Origin: Limnothrix sp. BL-A-16
Lineage (GTDB): Bacteria > Cyanobacteriota > Cyanobacteriia > CACIAM-69d
Direction of reading: 5' to 3'
DNA: 64,000 nucleotides
NCBI GenBank assembly: GCA_041937175.2
Contig: CP166615.1
Span: 2,976,001-3,040,000, forward strand
The notes under the pieces were generated by a model. The model was given only the letters and a program-made list of their open reading frames with translations, had not been told where the DNA came from and searched no databases. Shown here piece by piece: positions 30,234-41,814 of this stretch; position 1 is the first letter of the stretch, and each line of letters opens with the position of its first letter. The position numbers and the translations under genes were made by a program.

Positions 30234-32822
30234 GTGGACGCTCGCTATAACCCCAACGAAATCGAAGCAAAGTGGCAAGCCGTTTGGGCCGAGCAAAACG
30301 CCGATCGCACGCCTGATCTAGACGATCGCACCCCAACGCCCAAAAAGTTTTACGCCCTGTCGATGTTCCCCTACCCCTCGGGGAATTTGCACATGGGCCA
30401 TGTCCGCAACTACACGATCACCGATGCGATCGCCCGGGTGCGACGGATGCAGGGCTACCAGGTGTTGCACCCGATGGGCTGGGATGCCTTTGGGTTGCCT
30501 GCTGAGAATGCGGCGATCGATCGGGGGGTGCATCCCGCCGTTTGGACGGAGCAAAACATCGCCCAAATGAAGGGCCAGCTCCAGCGCTTAGGTCTTTCCT
30601 ACGATTGGGAACGGGAAGTGGCCACCTGCCGCCCGGACTATTACCGCTGGACTCAGTGGATTTTCCTGCAATTTTTCGCCGCCGGTTTGGCCTACCAAAA
30701 GGAAGCCACGGTGAATTGGGACCCGATCGACCAAACCGTTTTGGCCAACGAACAGGTAGACAGCGAGGGCAAATCCTGGCGATCGGGCGCATTGGTTGAA
30801 AAGCGGCTGTTGCGTCAGTGGTTTTTCAAAATCACCGACTATGCCGAACAATTGCTGACGGATTTGGACAAGCTGACCGGCTGGCCTGATCGCGTGAAAA
30901 CCATGCAGGCCAACTGGATTGGCAAATCTACCGGAGCCTTGCTGGACTTCCCGATCGTCGGTAACGATGCCCTGGCCGGCGAAAAAATCACCGTCTTTAC
31001 CACCCGCCCCGATACGGTCTATGGCGTGACCTACGTGGTGTTGGCTCCCGAGCATCCCTGGGTGGCCCAGGTGACGACGAGCGATCGCCGGGAAGCCGTG
31101 GAAGCCTTTGTGCAGGAAATTTCCGCCCAAAGCGAAATCGATCGCACCGCCGACGACAAACCCAAGCGCGGCATCCCCACAGGCGGCACGGCGCTGAATC
31201 CCTTTACCGGGGAAGAAATCCCGATTTGGATTGCCGATTACGTGCTCTACGAATACGGCACGGGCGCGGTGATGGGTGTGCCCACCCACGATCAGCGGGA
31301 CTTCCAATTCGCCAAAAACAACGGTTTGCCCCTGAAGGTAGTGATCGTGCCGGAAGCGGGCGCGTCGGCCGATGCGGCGGCCCTGACGGCGGCCTATACC
31401 GAAACGGGCCTGCTGGTAAACTCGGGTCAATTTGACGGCATACCTTCCCCCGAAGCCAAAGCCAAAATCACCGAATTTGCCGAGGCCCAAGGCTGGGGCA
31501 AAGCCAAGGTGCAATACCGGCTGCGGGATTGGCTGATTTCTCGCCAGCGCTATTGGGGTGTGCCGATCCCGATCGTCCATTGCCCCAACTGCGGCGCAGT
31601 GCCCGTACCTGACGATCAGTTACCGGTGGAACTGCCCAGCAATGTGCAGTTTTCCGGGCGCGGCCCCTCGCCCCTGGCCAAGCTGGACGAGTGGGTGAAC
31701 GTGCCTTGCCCCACCTGCGGCACACCGGCCAAGCGGGAAACGGACACCATGGACACCTTCATCGATTCCTCCTGGTATTTCCTGCGCTACCCCGATGCGC
31801 GCAACGAGTCCGCGGCCTTCGACCCGGCCAAGACCAACGCTTGGGCCCCCGTCGATCAATACGTGGGGGGCATTGAGCACGCAATTTTGCACCTGCTCTA
31901 CTCGCGCTTTTTCACGAAAGTGCTGCGCGATCGCGGCTTGCTCAACTTCGACGAACCCTTCAGCCGCCTGCTGACCCAGGGTATGGTGCAAGCCATGGCC
32001 TACAAAAACCCGGCTACGGGCAAATACATCGCCCCGTCCGATGTGGACTTCAGCGATCCCAGCCAGCCAAAAGACCCGACCACGGGCGATCTGCTGGTGT
32101 CGGTCTACGAAAAAATGTCCAAGTCCAAATACAACGGCGTTGATCCCGAGGGCGTGCTGGCCAAATACGGCGCGGACACCTCGCGGATGTTTGTGCTGTT
32201 CAAAGCGCCGCCAGAAAAGGATTTGGAGTGGGATGATGCGGATGTGGAAGGGCAATTCCGCTTCCTAAATCGGGTTTGGCGGTTGGTGAGCAACTACCTG
32301 GAAGCCCAAGTTGGCGAGGAGATCGCCCCCGATCCGAAAGCCGAAAAAGACCTGCGCCGCGCCATCCATATCGCCATCAAAGAAGTCTCGGAAGATTTGG
32401 CCGAAGACTATCAATTGAACACGGCCATTTCTGAGTTGATGAAACTCAGCAACGCCCTGAACGATTACACCAACAAAACCACGCCGGTTTTCGCGGAAGG
32501 GATTCAAACCCTGGTGTTGTTGCTGGCTCCCTTTGCGCCCCATTTAACCGAGGAATTGTGGGGGGCGATCGGGCAGTCTGGCTCGGTGCATACCGCCACT
32601 TGGCCGGCCTTGGATGAATCCGCGTTGGTGGCCGATGAGGTGACGATCGTGATTCAAATCAAGGGCAAAACACGCGGCACGATCCAAGTTCCGGCCGGCA
32701 CGGACAAGGACACCCTAGAACAGCTCGCCCTCAACAGCGATGTAGCCCAAAAGCACATTGCCGGACAGGAGGTGAAAAAGGCGATCGTCGTCCCCGGCAA
32801 ACTGGTGAACTTCGTGGTGTAG
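30234..32822 (+). CDS. leuS: Leucine--tRNA ligase
   Basis: [13 protein letters not shown] (HIGH), editing domain [30 protein letters not shown] before GTG 30234. Confidence 0.98.
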   Translation: MDARYNPNEIEAKWQAVWAEQNADRTPDLDDRTPTPKKFYALSMFPYPSGNLHMGHVRNYTITDAIARVRRMQGYQVLHPMGWDAFGLPAENAAIDRGVHPAVWTEQNIAQMKGQLQRLGLSYDWEREVATCRPDYYRWTQWIFLQFFAAGLAYQKEATVNWDPIDQTVLANEQVDSEGKSWRSGALVEKRLLRQWFFKITDYAEQLLTDLDKLTGWPDRVKTMQANWIGKSTGALLDFPIVGNDALAGEKITVFTTRPDTVYGVTYVVLAPEHPWVAQVTTSDRREAVEAFVQEISAQSEIDRTADDKPKRGIPTGGTALNPFTGEEIPIWIADYVLYEYGTGAVMGVPTHDQRDFQFAKNNGLPLKVVIVPEAGASADAAALTAAYTETGLLVNSGQFDGIPSPEAKAKITEFAEAQGWGKAKVQYRLRDWLISRQRYWGVPIPIVHCPNCGAVPVPDDQLPVELPSNVQFSGRGPSPLAKLDEWVNVPCPTCGTPAKRETDTMDTFIDSSWYFLRYPDARNESAAFDPAKTNAWAPVDQYVGGIEHAILHLLYSRFFTKVLRDRGLLNFDEPFSRLLTQGMVQAMAYKNPATGKYIAPSDVDFSDPSQPKDPTTGDLLVSVYEKMSKSKYNGVDPEGVLAKYGADTSRMFVLFKAPPEKDLEWDDADVEGQFRFLNRVWRLVSNYLEAQVGEEIAPDPKAEKDLRRAIHIAIKEVSEDLAEDYQLNTAISELMKLSNALNDYTNKTTPVFAEGIQTLVLLLAPFAPHLTEELWGAIGQSGSVHTATWPALDESALVADEVTIVIQIKGKTRGTIQVPAGTDKDTLEQLALNSDVAQKHIAGQEVKKAIVVPGKLVNFVV

Positions 32823-32838
32823 TGCTGACCGCAACGCT

Positions 32839-33309
32839 ATGCTGAATGTATCGAGTCAAAACTTGAGGCACGCATACAAAACGCACGTCAAGTGCCTCAA
32901 GTCTTGTGCCAATCCTAATCATCCATCACTAGATCTTATTCGCTTCTATGCTGCTGAGTGTGGACTCAAATACCTAGTGATGCACAAAGAAAGTCTAAGC
33001 AATACAAATCAAATCCAGGAGCGTGATCGTAATGATCGTAAAAAGCATCCAGTACTAACCCATGATCTACCTGGCATCATCAAGTTTCTAGGCATTTCAG
33101 TCCATGATTTAGGTGGGCTATCTTCACCTCAACCGTGCGTCTTGGTTGAGGGAAATCGGAAGACTATATCAGTGAAAGATGCACATGAAGCCTTGCGCTA
33201 CGGGATTGACTTTTTACCTGACACAAATTTAACCTGTGCAAGTTCTCGACAGACCCTAGTTGATTGGCTAGACAAAATCTTGCAGTACCTTCATAGTCAG
33301 ATTAGATGA
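32839..33309 (+). CDS. HEPN-like small protein
   Basis: FYAAECGLK, THDL and HEALRY motifs resemble the HEPN superfamily; AT-rich. Confidence 0.6.
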   Translation: MLNVSSQNLRHAYKTHVKCLKSCANPNHPSLDLIRFYAAECGLKYLVMHKESLSNTNQIQERDRNDRKKHPVLTHDLPGIIKFLGISVHDLGGLSSPQPCVLVEGNRKTISVKDAHEALRYGIDFLPDTNLTCASSRQTLVDWLDKILQYLHSQIR

Positions 33310-33324
33310 GATCAATTATTACCT

Positions 33325-36177
33325 ATGTTGCCATCAGGATCGCGCCTTTACACATGGGTTGATGTTGAGGATGTATTCCTCAAAATTCGCGCTGGCAAAG
33401 ATCCAAATCAGCATTGGCCGCCAGAATTGCTATGGGCTAATGCCTCTCGCAGCAGTCTTGACTTAGGCATCAAGCCCGGTAGTTATCGTGCAATTCAAAC
33501 TTGGTTGGAACAGTTATTTGAAGCCCGCTTGACCAAAACTTCTGATGATCAATTAATGATTCGTCTAGAGTCTTTAATCGAATTACCACGCAATCTACCT
33601 ATTTTTGTAGAAGAGGATGACGATGATCAGTTGTCTAAAAACCAACTTACACCACAGTTATCGCACCCTTCAACGATTTTCGCAGTTGATAGAGAGAGCT
33701 TAGATCAACCTGAGGCTCCTGCGCCTTTGGATGAAAAATATCCACCGATTTTTGCATTTCATTCTTTCAAGGGTGGTGTTGGGAGAACAACCCATGCAAT
33801 GGCGTTTTCAGAGAAGTTATTGGATGAATTGAAAAATGCAGACGATAGTTTTTTAGTGATCGATGCAGATTTAGAAGCACCAGGGATTAGTTGGATTTTT
33901 GATGGATTGTTGGGTGAGCCATCTGTCTCTTTTGCAGACTTGCTAGCCTTGGCACATGAGGATAGCTCAGATCAATACCAAACAACAATTGACTTAGTTG
34001 CCAACCGCCTATCTGCTCAAAGAGTTGATCGGCTCTTTGTCATGCCTGTTTTTCGGCAAATCGGACAGTTAAACACCGCAGAAATTCTGCCGCAGCACTT
34101 TATCCGAGGCAGTCAAAATCCATTTAGCTTGACAGACTTGATTAGTCATGTTGGCTGGGTCTTGGGAGTCAGAGCAATCATTATCGATCTGAGAGCTGGG
34201 CTAACCGAGCTTTCATCAGCATTCCTGCTCGATCCTCGAATTTACCGAGTCTTTGTGACAACACTTAGTCAGCAGTCGATATTAGGAACCTGTAGCTTAT
34301 TACGCCTCATTGGTGATCGCTCACCGAATTTTCGAGAATGCGACATAATGCCCCAGGTTATTCTTTCTCAATTACCCATTGATCGACAAGGACTTGAGCA
34401 AATCAAGCAAGAAGCAGAACAAGCTTTAACAGACGCAGCGGCTCAACTCATCGATAGTCGAGATACCAATCAGGAAGAGTTCAGTAGTGATGAGTACTCC
34501 GCTATTGCTGCCGAAAATCTCACCGAAGTTGTCAAAATCACACCGACATATCACTCAGAAAGCCTACAGATTCAACCCAATCATTGGACAGAGCTAAAGC
34601 CACTGCTCCAATTGTTTAATCTCAATTCATCCTGGGAGATACTTCTAGATGCTGTTCGAGGCAGAGTTAGCACCCTAGAAGTATCTTCTAATACATCTGA
34701 ACTATCTGACAGTACAAAGACAAATGAACAACGACAAAAGCTGGCTGAAGCAGCCAAGAAAATGATTTTTGCAGAAAATGCAGAAAGTGATCGATTTTTG
34801 CCAACCAATGCATTACATAATCTTGCCTCTAGTTATTCTAAGCAAGCACCAATTGAAGTCATCATTGGTTCTAAGGGATCTGGAAAAACCTATACATTTT
34901 TGCAAGTTATCCGTTGTCAAACCTGGGCTAGGTTTATTCAGGAAACTAATGATGATTCACAAGTTAATATTCAATGTTCAATTGGGATTGTCCTACATTC
35001 TGGAAATCTTTCAGATCAAGCTAAACGGCTAGTATCTGCATGTAAGATATATGCTTTAAATCATTTATCCTTACCTCATTCCAGACCAGTTAACCATCTA
35101 ACTCAAGGTCAAACCAGGGATATAAATGTCTATGCAGCAGAAAAGATTCGGGGATGGCTACGGGGAAATTTAACTGAGTCTGAGTGGATTGATTGTTGGC
35201 TAGACCTAATGGCATGGCAACTTGATTTTAATTCTGGAGTTACCGGTGCTGGTCGCTCCCTCATTAATGCTCTACTCGAAAAACGACAGTCAGTAATTAT
35301 GCTGTTCGATGGGCTAGAAGATATTTTCCAAGAAATTGGCCAGAATCCTGCACAACAGACGGCTCTTAGGTCTCTTCTGCAATCAGTGCCTGAATGGTTA
35401 AGTCAGTATCCTGCACGTCCTCTTGGTGTTTTGATTTTCGTGCGATCCGATTTTGTGAAATTAGTCATCAAACAAAACTTAGAGCAATTCCGAACTCGTT
35501 ATGATCGCTATGCATTGCGCTGGGGGTTAACCGAAGCCCTTCAACTAGTGCTTTGGGTTTGCTCAGTTTCAGAGGTGATCGAGGACAGTCCGAAATCAAT
35601 TCAAGCAATGACAAATCAGCAAGAATTGATCACAAAATTAGAATTCTTGTGGGGTAAACTAGTCGGTTCTGCAAAATCAAGAGAGGCAACTTCTTGGAAA
35701 TTTGTCCTTGCTGCTTTGTGCGACTTTAATATCCAAATCCAATCTCGTGATTTAGTCAGATTTTTGCATGAATCTGCCAAGGATTCCTATGAAAATACTA
35801 AATATTGCGAACAGGAGATATACTTTGATCGCTTGCTCGTCCCGGGTGCAATGCGTGATGCCCTGAGTAAATGTGCATATGACAAAATCAACGAAATTAT
35901 TCAAGAAAACCCATCTCTAGACACAATTTTTTCAAAGTTGAGGGATCTTGACCAAATCAAGAAAAAAGTACCCTTTAATCGAGAGGACTTGGAACTAACT
36001 ACAGATGAAGTCAAGTCTCTCGAAATAGAGGGTGCAGTGTTCCGGGATCCAAAATCTGGTTATTATTGGCTAACGGAAATGCTTCGGCTAGGGTTGGGGT
36101 TTACAAATGCTAAAGGTGGGCGATCTCCATTTCTAGGACTTTGGCAAAAAGCACTTAAAAGAAGTGGCTTAGCCTAA
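33325..36177 (+). CDS. Dual-NTPase protein: ParA/MinD-like (KGGVGR variant) domain fused to a second P-loop ATPase
   Basis: HSFKGGVGRTT, IDADLEAPG, IIDLRAG; second Walker A GSKGSGKT and Walker B MLFDGLED, IFVRSD; 950 aa; AT-rich. Confidence 0.8.
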   Translation: MLPSGSRLYTWVDVEDVFLKIRAGKDPNQHWPPELLWANASRSSLDLGIKPGSYRAIQTWLEQLFEARLTKTSDDQLMIRLESLIELPRNLPIFVEEDDDDQLSKNQLTPQLSHPSTIFAVDRESLDQPEAPAPLDEKYPPIFAFHSFKGGVGRTTHAMAFSEKLLDELKNADDSFLVIDADLEAPGISWIFDGLLGEPSVSFADLLALAHEDSSDQYQTTIDLVANRLSAQRVDRLFVMPVFRQIGQLNTAEILPQHFIRGSQNPFSLTDLISHVGWVLGVRAIIIDLRAGLTELSSAFLLDPRIYRVFVTTLSQQSILGTCSLLRLIGDRSPNFRECDIMPQVILSQLPIDRQGLEQIKQEAEQALTDAAAQLIDSRDTNQEEFSSDEYSAIAAENLTEVVKITPTYHSESLQIQPNHWTELKPLLQLFNLNSSWEILLDAVRGRVSTLEVSSNTSELSDSTKTNEQRQKLAEAAKKMIFAENAESDRFLPTNALHNLASSYSKQAPIEVIIGSKGSGKTYTFLQVIRCQTWARFIQETNDDSQVNIQCSIGIVLHSGNLSDQAKRLVSACKIYALNHLSLPHSRPVNHLTQGQTRDINVYAAEKIRGWLRGNLTESEWIDCWLDLMAWQLDFNSGVTGAGRSLINALLEKRQSVIMLFDGLEDIFQEIGQNPAQQTALRSLLQSVPEWLSQYPARPLGVLIFVRSDFVKLVIKQNLEQFRTRYDRYALRWGLTEALQLVLWVCSVSEVIEDSPKSIQAMTNQQELITKLEFLWGKLVGSAKSREATSWKFVLAALCDFNIQIQSRDLVRFLHESAKDSYENTKYCEQEIYFDRLLVPGAMRDALSKCAYDKINEIIQENPSLDTIFSKLRDLDQIKKKVPFNREDLELTTDEVKSLEIEGAVFRDPKSGYYWLTEMLRLGLGFTNAKGGRSPFLGLWQKALKRSGLA

Positions 36178-36447
36178 AGTGGTTTATATTCTTAAATCAC
36201 ATCGCGAAGTTTCAGATTTGTCGACATCGACAACTTATCGAGGATGCGATTCACCGTCTTTATTCAGCTTCCGCCCTCTCTTTGCAGCAATTGTCTGCAA
36301 CCTTTCGGAGGGGTGATCTGATTAGTCAGTTAGCCGACTTTTAGACTGGGTTTCAGTCGGTTATTGATTGCACCCTTCTATTTTTGAGTGTTGCCCAAAT
36401 GCTTCGTTGGTTCTGCCCAGCAACCAGCCCAGCTTTGCATGATTGGG

Positions 36448-36990
36448 TTAGTGGCTGGCGGGTCGGGTGGGTTCGAGGCCGAGGGACGCTTCGAGGGCGA
36501 TGAGTTCGTCGCGGTGGGCCTTGACCCAGAGCCGGGCGATCGCCCCTTGATCGTTGGTTTCGAGCTGCAATTGCACTTGTTCGGTGCGCTGGGCTTTGCG
36601 TTGATAGAACCAACCGGCGGCCGGGGCCAAGAGGACGAGGGCTAATCCAGCATTCTGGATTTGGGGAATGGTCATGGACAAAACGAGGCCCAGACAAAGC
36701 AACCCACCGGCCGCGAGGATGCTGAGGAAGATGGCCAAGGTGGGGCTGGCGGCCACCAAACCTTCAAAGGTGACGCGATCGTTGTCTGCATCCCGATTCA
36801 CCAAGCGATACGATCGCCCTGAGAAGTAGCCTCGGAGCCGATCGCGCAGTTCGGTTTCCGGGATGGTTTCGGGGACGTAGCAAGCCAGTTCCGTGCGGTC
36901 TTTGGCGGAAGCGCGGATGAAGAAAACCAGGCCAATTAACATCAACACCGTCAAGAACAGCGTGGACGAGACAACGACATCGTTGGACAT
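36448..36990 (-). CDS. ccb1: Cofactor assembly of complex C subunit B (CCB1-like)
   Basis: STLFLTVLMLIGLVFFIRASAKDRTE, FEGLVAAS, AHRDEL motifs. Confidence 0.85.
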   Translation of the reverse strand: MSNDVVVSSTLFLTVLMLIGLVFFIRASAKDRTELACYVPETIPETELRDRLRGYFSGRSYRLVNRDADNDRVTFEGLVAASPTLAIFLSILAAGGLLCLGLVLSMTIPQIQNAGLALVLLAPAAGWFYQRKAQRTEQVQLQLETNDQGAIARLWVKAHRDELIALEASLGLEPTRPASH

Positions 36991-37132
36991 GGCGAGTGAC
37001 GGGAGGTGGGGCAATGGTGGTGAAGGGAGGCACTGGGCTGGTGGTGTTCCCTGAGGCTACTGCAACAATTAGTTACAAACCCAGCTCCCATCAGCATATC
37101 GGACTCGGGGCCGCGCGATCGAGCATGTTAAG

Positions 37133-37750
37133 GTGATCAGTCGTGTCCGCTCCCAGCCCACCGTGGTTAGCCAAGTTGAACGCATTGCCCGCCTGATGGG
37201 TCGCACCAGCACCATCAGCTTTTGGATCCAAATTTTTCTTGGGGTGATCGGCAGTATTCTACTGTTGCTGACCACGCCCATGCTGTTTGCACGCACCAGC
37301 CCCACGCCCGGGGCAGTTCCGGTGGGGCCGGGCCCGGGTTCGATCGGGGGGTTGGCGGTGGCTGTGGTGGCGATGCTGACTTTGCTGGCCAGCATCTATT
37401 ACACCTTCACCAACACGCAACATGCACGGCGGCTCCAGGCTCCGAAAAACGCCCGACCGTCCAAGGCTGATACCCTCAAGCGTCTCCGGCTGGGGGTTTT
37501 GATTAATCTGTTTGGTTTGGGGTTGGCGCTGGTGGGGGCGGAGGCCGTGACGGGCCAGCTCACGAATAAGCTATTGATGCAAAGCAGTCCGTTTAATTTG
37601 GGCTTTGTGGATCCGAGTCGCTTTATTCAAGCGTTGGATGTGTTTGTGGTGTTGGGGAATACCCACGGAATGTTTGCCCATTTTTGCAATTTGACGGCCA
37701 ATCTTTGGTTGATCGATCGCATCAGCAAGGCTGGATCCGGTGGCGATTGA
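37133..37750 (+). CDS. DUF3611 family membrane protein
   Basis: SFWIQIFLGVI, INLFG, IQALDVFVVLGNTHGMFAHF. Confidence 0.8.
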   Translation: MISRVRSQPTVVSQVERIARLMGRTSTISFWIQIFLGVIGSILLLLTTPMLFARTSPTPGAVPVGPGPGSIGGLAVAVVAMLTLLASIYYTFTNTQHARRLQAPKNARPSKADTLKRLRLGVLINLFGLGLALVGAEAVTGQLTNKLLMQSSPFNLGFVDPSRFIQALDVFVVLGNTHGMFAHFCNLTANLWLIDRISKAGSGGD

Positions 37751-37764
37751 AGCGATCGCCCTGA

Positions 37765-37895
37765 GAGGATGTCTGAAAGGCCAAAATTGCTACTCTGTCC
37801 GCTCTAGTGCTCGACGTAGACAAGGGGCTTGAGCATCTTGCCCCCACAACTATTGGTGTTTGGCACAGGCCAAAAGATACTTTTCAAACATCCTC
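37765..37895. mobile_element. MITE family B (131 bp, TGA target duplication)
   Basis: TIR GAGGATGTCTGAAAGG / CTTTTCAAACATCCTC; TGA at 37762-64 and 37896-98; degenerate REP CAAGGGGCTTGAGCATCTTG inside. Confidence 0.72.
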
Positions 37896-38008
37896 TGAAA
37901 GGGACTGTCTATTTCAAAGCTGAATTTCAAAGTTGATCTTCAAAAATCCCCCTCCTAAAAAACAGCTACACCCAAAAACAGTTAATCAATTCCAACGGAG
38001 CTATACCC

Positions 38009-38674
38009 ATGTCGATCGCCCCTTCTCCTGAGCTGTCCTCCGATTTGTCTCCTGATCTGTCGCAACTGATCCGGGCGGTGGATGAGGCGGACTCAGTGGC
38101 CAAAATGGTTGGCGCGGTGCGATCGCTCGCGGCGGCTCAGGATCCGGCGGCGATTCCTACCCTGATGGCCGTGTTGGGATACAACAACCCCGGGGCAGCG
38201 GTGGCAGCGGTGGAAGGGCTGGTGGCCCTGGGGGAAGCGGCGGTGGGGCCAATTTTAGCCCAGGTGGATGGCTACAACTACACGGCGCGGGCTTGGGCCT
38301 TGCGGGCGCTGGCCCAAATTGCCGACCCTCGGGCTTTGGAACTGTTGTTGGCGGCGGCTGAAACGGACTTTGCGCCCAGTGTGCGGCGGGCAGCGGCCCA
38401 AGGGTTGGGGGCGTTGCGTTGGGCACGAATGGCGGCGGAGCAAGTGCCGATGGCGCGAGATCGGGTGTTGGCGGTCTTGACGGTGAATGCAACGGATTTG
38501 GAATGGGTGGTGCGCTACGCGGCGATCGCGGGGCTGGAGGGGCTGGCGCAATCGCAACCGGCGCTGGGCGATCGCGTGTTAGGTTTGTTACGCGATCGGG
38601 CGACTGCTGATACGGATCTAGTGGTGCGGCTGCGGGCCCAATGGGCGATCGAGCAGTTGGCGGCCAAGGGCTGA
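38009..38674 (+). CDS. cpcF: Phycocyanobilin lyase subunit (HEAT repeats)
   Basis: LGYNNPGAAVAAVEGL, DGYNYTARAWALRALA, DFAPSVRRAAA, EWVVRYAA. Confidence 0.85.
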   Translation: MSIAPSPELSSDLSPDLSQLIRAVDEADSVAKMVGAVRSLAAAQDPAAIPTLMAVLGYNNPGAAVAAVEGLVALGEAAVGPILAQVDGYNYTARAWALRALAQIADPRALELLLAAAETDFAPSVRRAAAQGLGALRWARMAAEQVPMARDRVLAVLTVNATDLEWVVRYAAIAGLEGLAQSQPALGDRVLGLLRDRATADTDLVVRLRAQWAIEQLAAKG

Positions 38675-38906
38675 CCCAGCACGCGATCGTTTCGTTAGCA
38701 CCCTGTTAATCACCACTCGTTAACCATCCATGAGTTAACTAGCAAGTTAACTAGCGAGTTAACGACCCGCAACCCACAAGCTCATTGGCCCATCCACAGG
38801 CTGCGGGTCAAAAACCACTCAATTGAACGGTCGCAACCGTAGCCTTGCCCCTTTGGCCCCCGGGATAGACTATGGGAAATCTTCAGGGGCCGCCGAGTGA
38901 GCGAAG

Positions 38907-39398
38907 ATGAATTTTCGCGATTTTCCTGCATTTCGAGACCTGACCGCTGAGCAATTTCAGCGATTTCTCTCCTCCTGCCAGTCGGGCACTATCCCAGCCG
39001 ATCGCACCATCATCCACCAGGGAAAACCCGGCAGCCACATCTTCTTCCTGTCCAGCGGTCAGGTTCGCATCACCTTAAACACTGACTTGGGTGAACGGGA
39101 ATTGAATGTGCTGTCGGCTCCCACGATTTTGGGCGAAATTAGTTTTTTCAGTGGCGAGCTGAGTTCCGCCAATGTGACCACGGCCACGGACGTTTCCGCG
39201 ATCGCCATTGGGTTCAACACGTTGCGGGCCCGGCTCTATGGCGGCGATGCGGCCTGTGCCATCGTGACCCTCCATTTGGCTTCCACCATTGCCGAACGGG
39301 CCGCCCACATGACCCAAAAGGTTGTGGACTTTTATGGTCACCAAGCGGAGATCCAAAACACAACCCACAATCTCTTTGGCGAATGGAGTTTTCTTTAA
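38907..39398 (+). CDS. Stand-alone cyclic nucleotide-binding domain protein
   Basis: IIHQGKPGSHIFFLSSGQVRI, LGEISFFSG..SANV; no HTH domain. Confidence 0.85.
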   Translation: MNFRDFPAFRDLTAEQFQRFLSSCQSGTIPADRTIIHQGKPGSHIFFLSSGQVRITLNTDLGERELNVLSAPTILGEISFFSGELSSANVTTATDVSAIAIGFNTLRARLYGGDAACAIVTLHLASTIAERAAHMTQKVVDFYGHQAEIQNTTHNLFGEWSFL

Positions 39399-39685
39399 AC
39401 CGGCAATCGCAAAACAGGCGATCGCGGTCAATAGTCAGATCACAGCCCCGAAAAGCAGTGCATTTCGACGCTGTTTCCACCAACGCCTAGTAGTAGGATT
39501 GGAGCTTTCCGGGGCGCGGCTCGATCGGGAGACTTGCCGTTGGCGACGGCACAGCGGGAGCCAGCCCCTTGGGTTAGCCGTGGCTCCCAGGCTGTTGGCT
39601 GCTTGCCCTGGCCCGATCGCCCCATCACAACAGCCCCGTACCAAGCCCCATCACCCAACTCCAAATTTCTTGGAAATATCGTTTT

Positions 39686-40621
39686 ATGGATGCCATCCCA
39701 GCACAACTTAAAGGGCGCAGTTTCCTGAGTCTGGCGGATATCGATCGCGATGAACTACAAGCGTTGCTGTCTCTGGCGGCGCAGCTTAAGGCTGGGACGA
39801 TCACGCCCATCTGCAACAAAGTGCTTGGTCTGCTGTTTTCCAAAGCTTCAACCCGCACCCGCGTTAGCTTCACGGTGGCGATGTATCAACTGGGTGGCCA
39901 GGTGATTGACCTGAACCCAATGGTGACCCAAGTGAGCCGAGGGGAACCCCTGGAGGATACGGCACGGGTGCTGGGGCGCTATTTGGATGTGATGGCCATT
40001 CGCACCTTTGACCAAGCGGACTTGGAAACCTTCCGGGACTATTCCGGCGTACCGGTTATTAATGCCCTCAGCGATTTGGCCCACCCTTGCCAGGCCTTGG
40101 CGGATTTGCTGACGGTGCAGGAGGCCTTTGGCACTTTGGCGGGTCTGACGGTGACCTATGTGGGTGATGGCAACAACGTGGCCCATTCCTTGATGATGGC
40201 CTGTGCCATGGCGGGGGTGAATGTGCGGATTGCCACGCCGCCGGGTTATGAACCCAATGGGCAAATGGTGCAGCGGGCGATCGAGTTGGCGGGCGATCGC
40301 GCCAGTGTTGTGGTCACCACGGATCCGATCGCGGCGGCGGCCGGGGCCCAAATGCTCTACACCGATGTGTGGGCCAGCATGGGCCAAGAAGACGAAGCGG
40401 AAGCCCGCAAGAGCCTATTTGCTCCCTATCAGCTCAATGAAGATCTGCTAGCCAAGGCAGATCCGGAGGCGATCGTGCTCCATTGTTTGCCCGCACACCG
40501 GGGCGAGGAAATCACCGATGGGGCGATCGAGGGATCTCAATCACGGGTTTGGGATCAGGCTGAGAATCGGCTGCATGTGCAAAAGGCTCTGTTGGTCAGC
40601 ATTTTGGGCCCCGATGCTTAG
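39686..40621 (+). CDS. argF: Ornithine carbamoyltransferase
   Basis: [43 protein letters not shown]. Confidence 0.97.
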   Translation: MDAIPAQLKGRSFLSLADIDRDELQALLSLAAQLKAGTITPICNKVLGLLFSKASTRTRVSFTVAMYQLGGQVIDLNPMVTQVSRGEPLEDTARVLGRYLDVMAIRTFDQADLETFRDYSGVPVINALSDLAHPCQALADLLTVQEAFGTLAGLTVTYVGDGNNVAHSLMMACAMAGVNVRIATPPGYEPNGQMVQRAIELAGDRASVVVTTDPIAAAAGAQMLYTDVWASMGQEDEAEARKSLFAPYQLNEDLLAKADPEAIVLHCLPAHRGEEITDGAIEGSQSRVWDQAENRLHVQKALLVSILGPDA

Positions 40622-41814
40622 GACATGAAATCCTGAGGCCGATCGGTTGGGGTGCAGCCCCTTGGACTCATCGCGGATGAACTGCCTCAATCGATCGCCT
40701 CGGTTAACTCCCTAGGTCGATCGCCTCAGCTAGCTCCACGAATCGCCTGGGCGGCCTCAGTCGATCGCCTGCCTCACGCAACTCAGCCCGGAGAAAGTTA
40801 ACGTTATTTTTAATACTTAAAATTCAGCAACAATCCCGGAAATACTCAGCCCGAACCCCTGCGATCGCGCTGGAGTCGATCGCGGGGCAGCACCGCCCGC
40901 CTCATCCTGCGTTGCCCTGGTCTTTCCCCAGAGGTTCAGGGAGCCATACGGTTGCTATTGACCGATTTTGTGCAATCTTCAACGGTTTTTTGAGATTTTT
41001 TCATGATTCTGTTGCGGTTCTCGGCGCTTGTATCTCGATCGAGAATCTGCCTAGAATGGACTTAAAGGCTCATCGCTTTCTCTGACAAACTCACCCGAAT
41101 CAGGCAAAAATCAACCCAAATCGCCCCAAGCTACTCCCAGTTGATGTTGACCGGTTCAAATCAACTACGAAAGTGAGGGGAAATGGTTGCGGAAAACTCC
41201 AAGGAGATCAGCCCAAAAAACCAGCCACAGTAATTCATTACTGCCGATTTTGCTTGGGGGTACATTGCAATTTTCAAAACTTTACCTTTGAGCATTTAGG
41301 TCTGGTTTTGTACGTGCCTTTCTTGATTTTTCGGTGAGTTATTGTCAGGTTGGCATCATTGCATACATCAAACTACGCAGACTTTTCTCAACAGTTCGGG
41401 GTAGGAGTCTGACCCATCCCAAACGCTTGCCAGTCAACCTATTCACGCCAAAATTCCGGTCAAATGCGAGCGATTCCCGGTTTAACCCAAGCTGCCCAGG
41501 AAGGGCTAGGGACTGGCAAATTTCTATCTCAAAAGGCGATTCAATTGATTGCTGTTTTGGGTAGGGTAAAAGTAGGGTGAATAGTTAAGCAACGCTGACC
41601 GGATTGGTTAACTCAAGATTGCCTGACTTGAGAGGGCTAACGGTGGATTTCCTCATCGTTGGTGAAAATCGTGATCAATCCAACCAATTACCCCAGCCGC
41701 AATTGATCATGAGTCCTTTGGAATCTCGATCGGGCGACGGGTGATGAGGGTTGACCACCGGGCGATCAAGTCTTTAGACCCCAAGGCGATGGCGCAACGG
41801 AGAAGAACGGAACA

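Noticed and set aside
40680..40790. Three TCGATCGCCT-containing units resembling a mini CRISPR array
   Set aside because: Repeats are short, HIP1-centred and irregularly spaced, with no constant 25-40 nt repeat and no cas genes.
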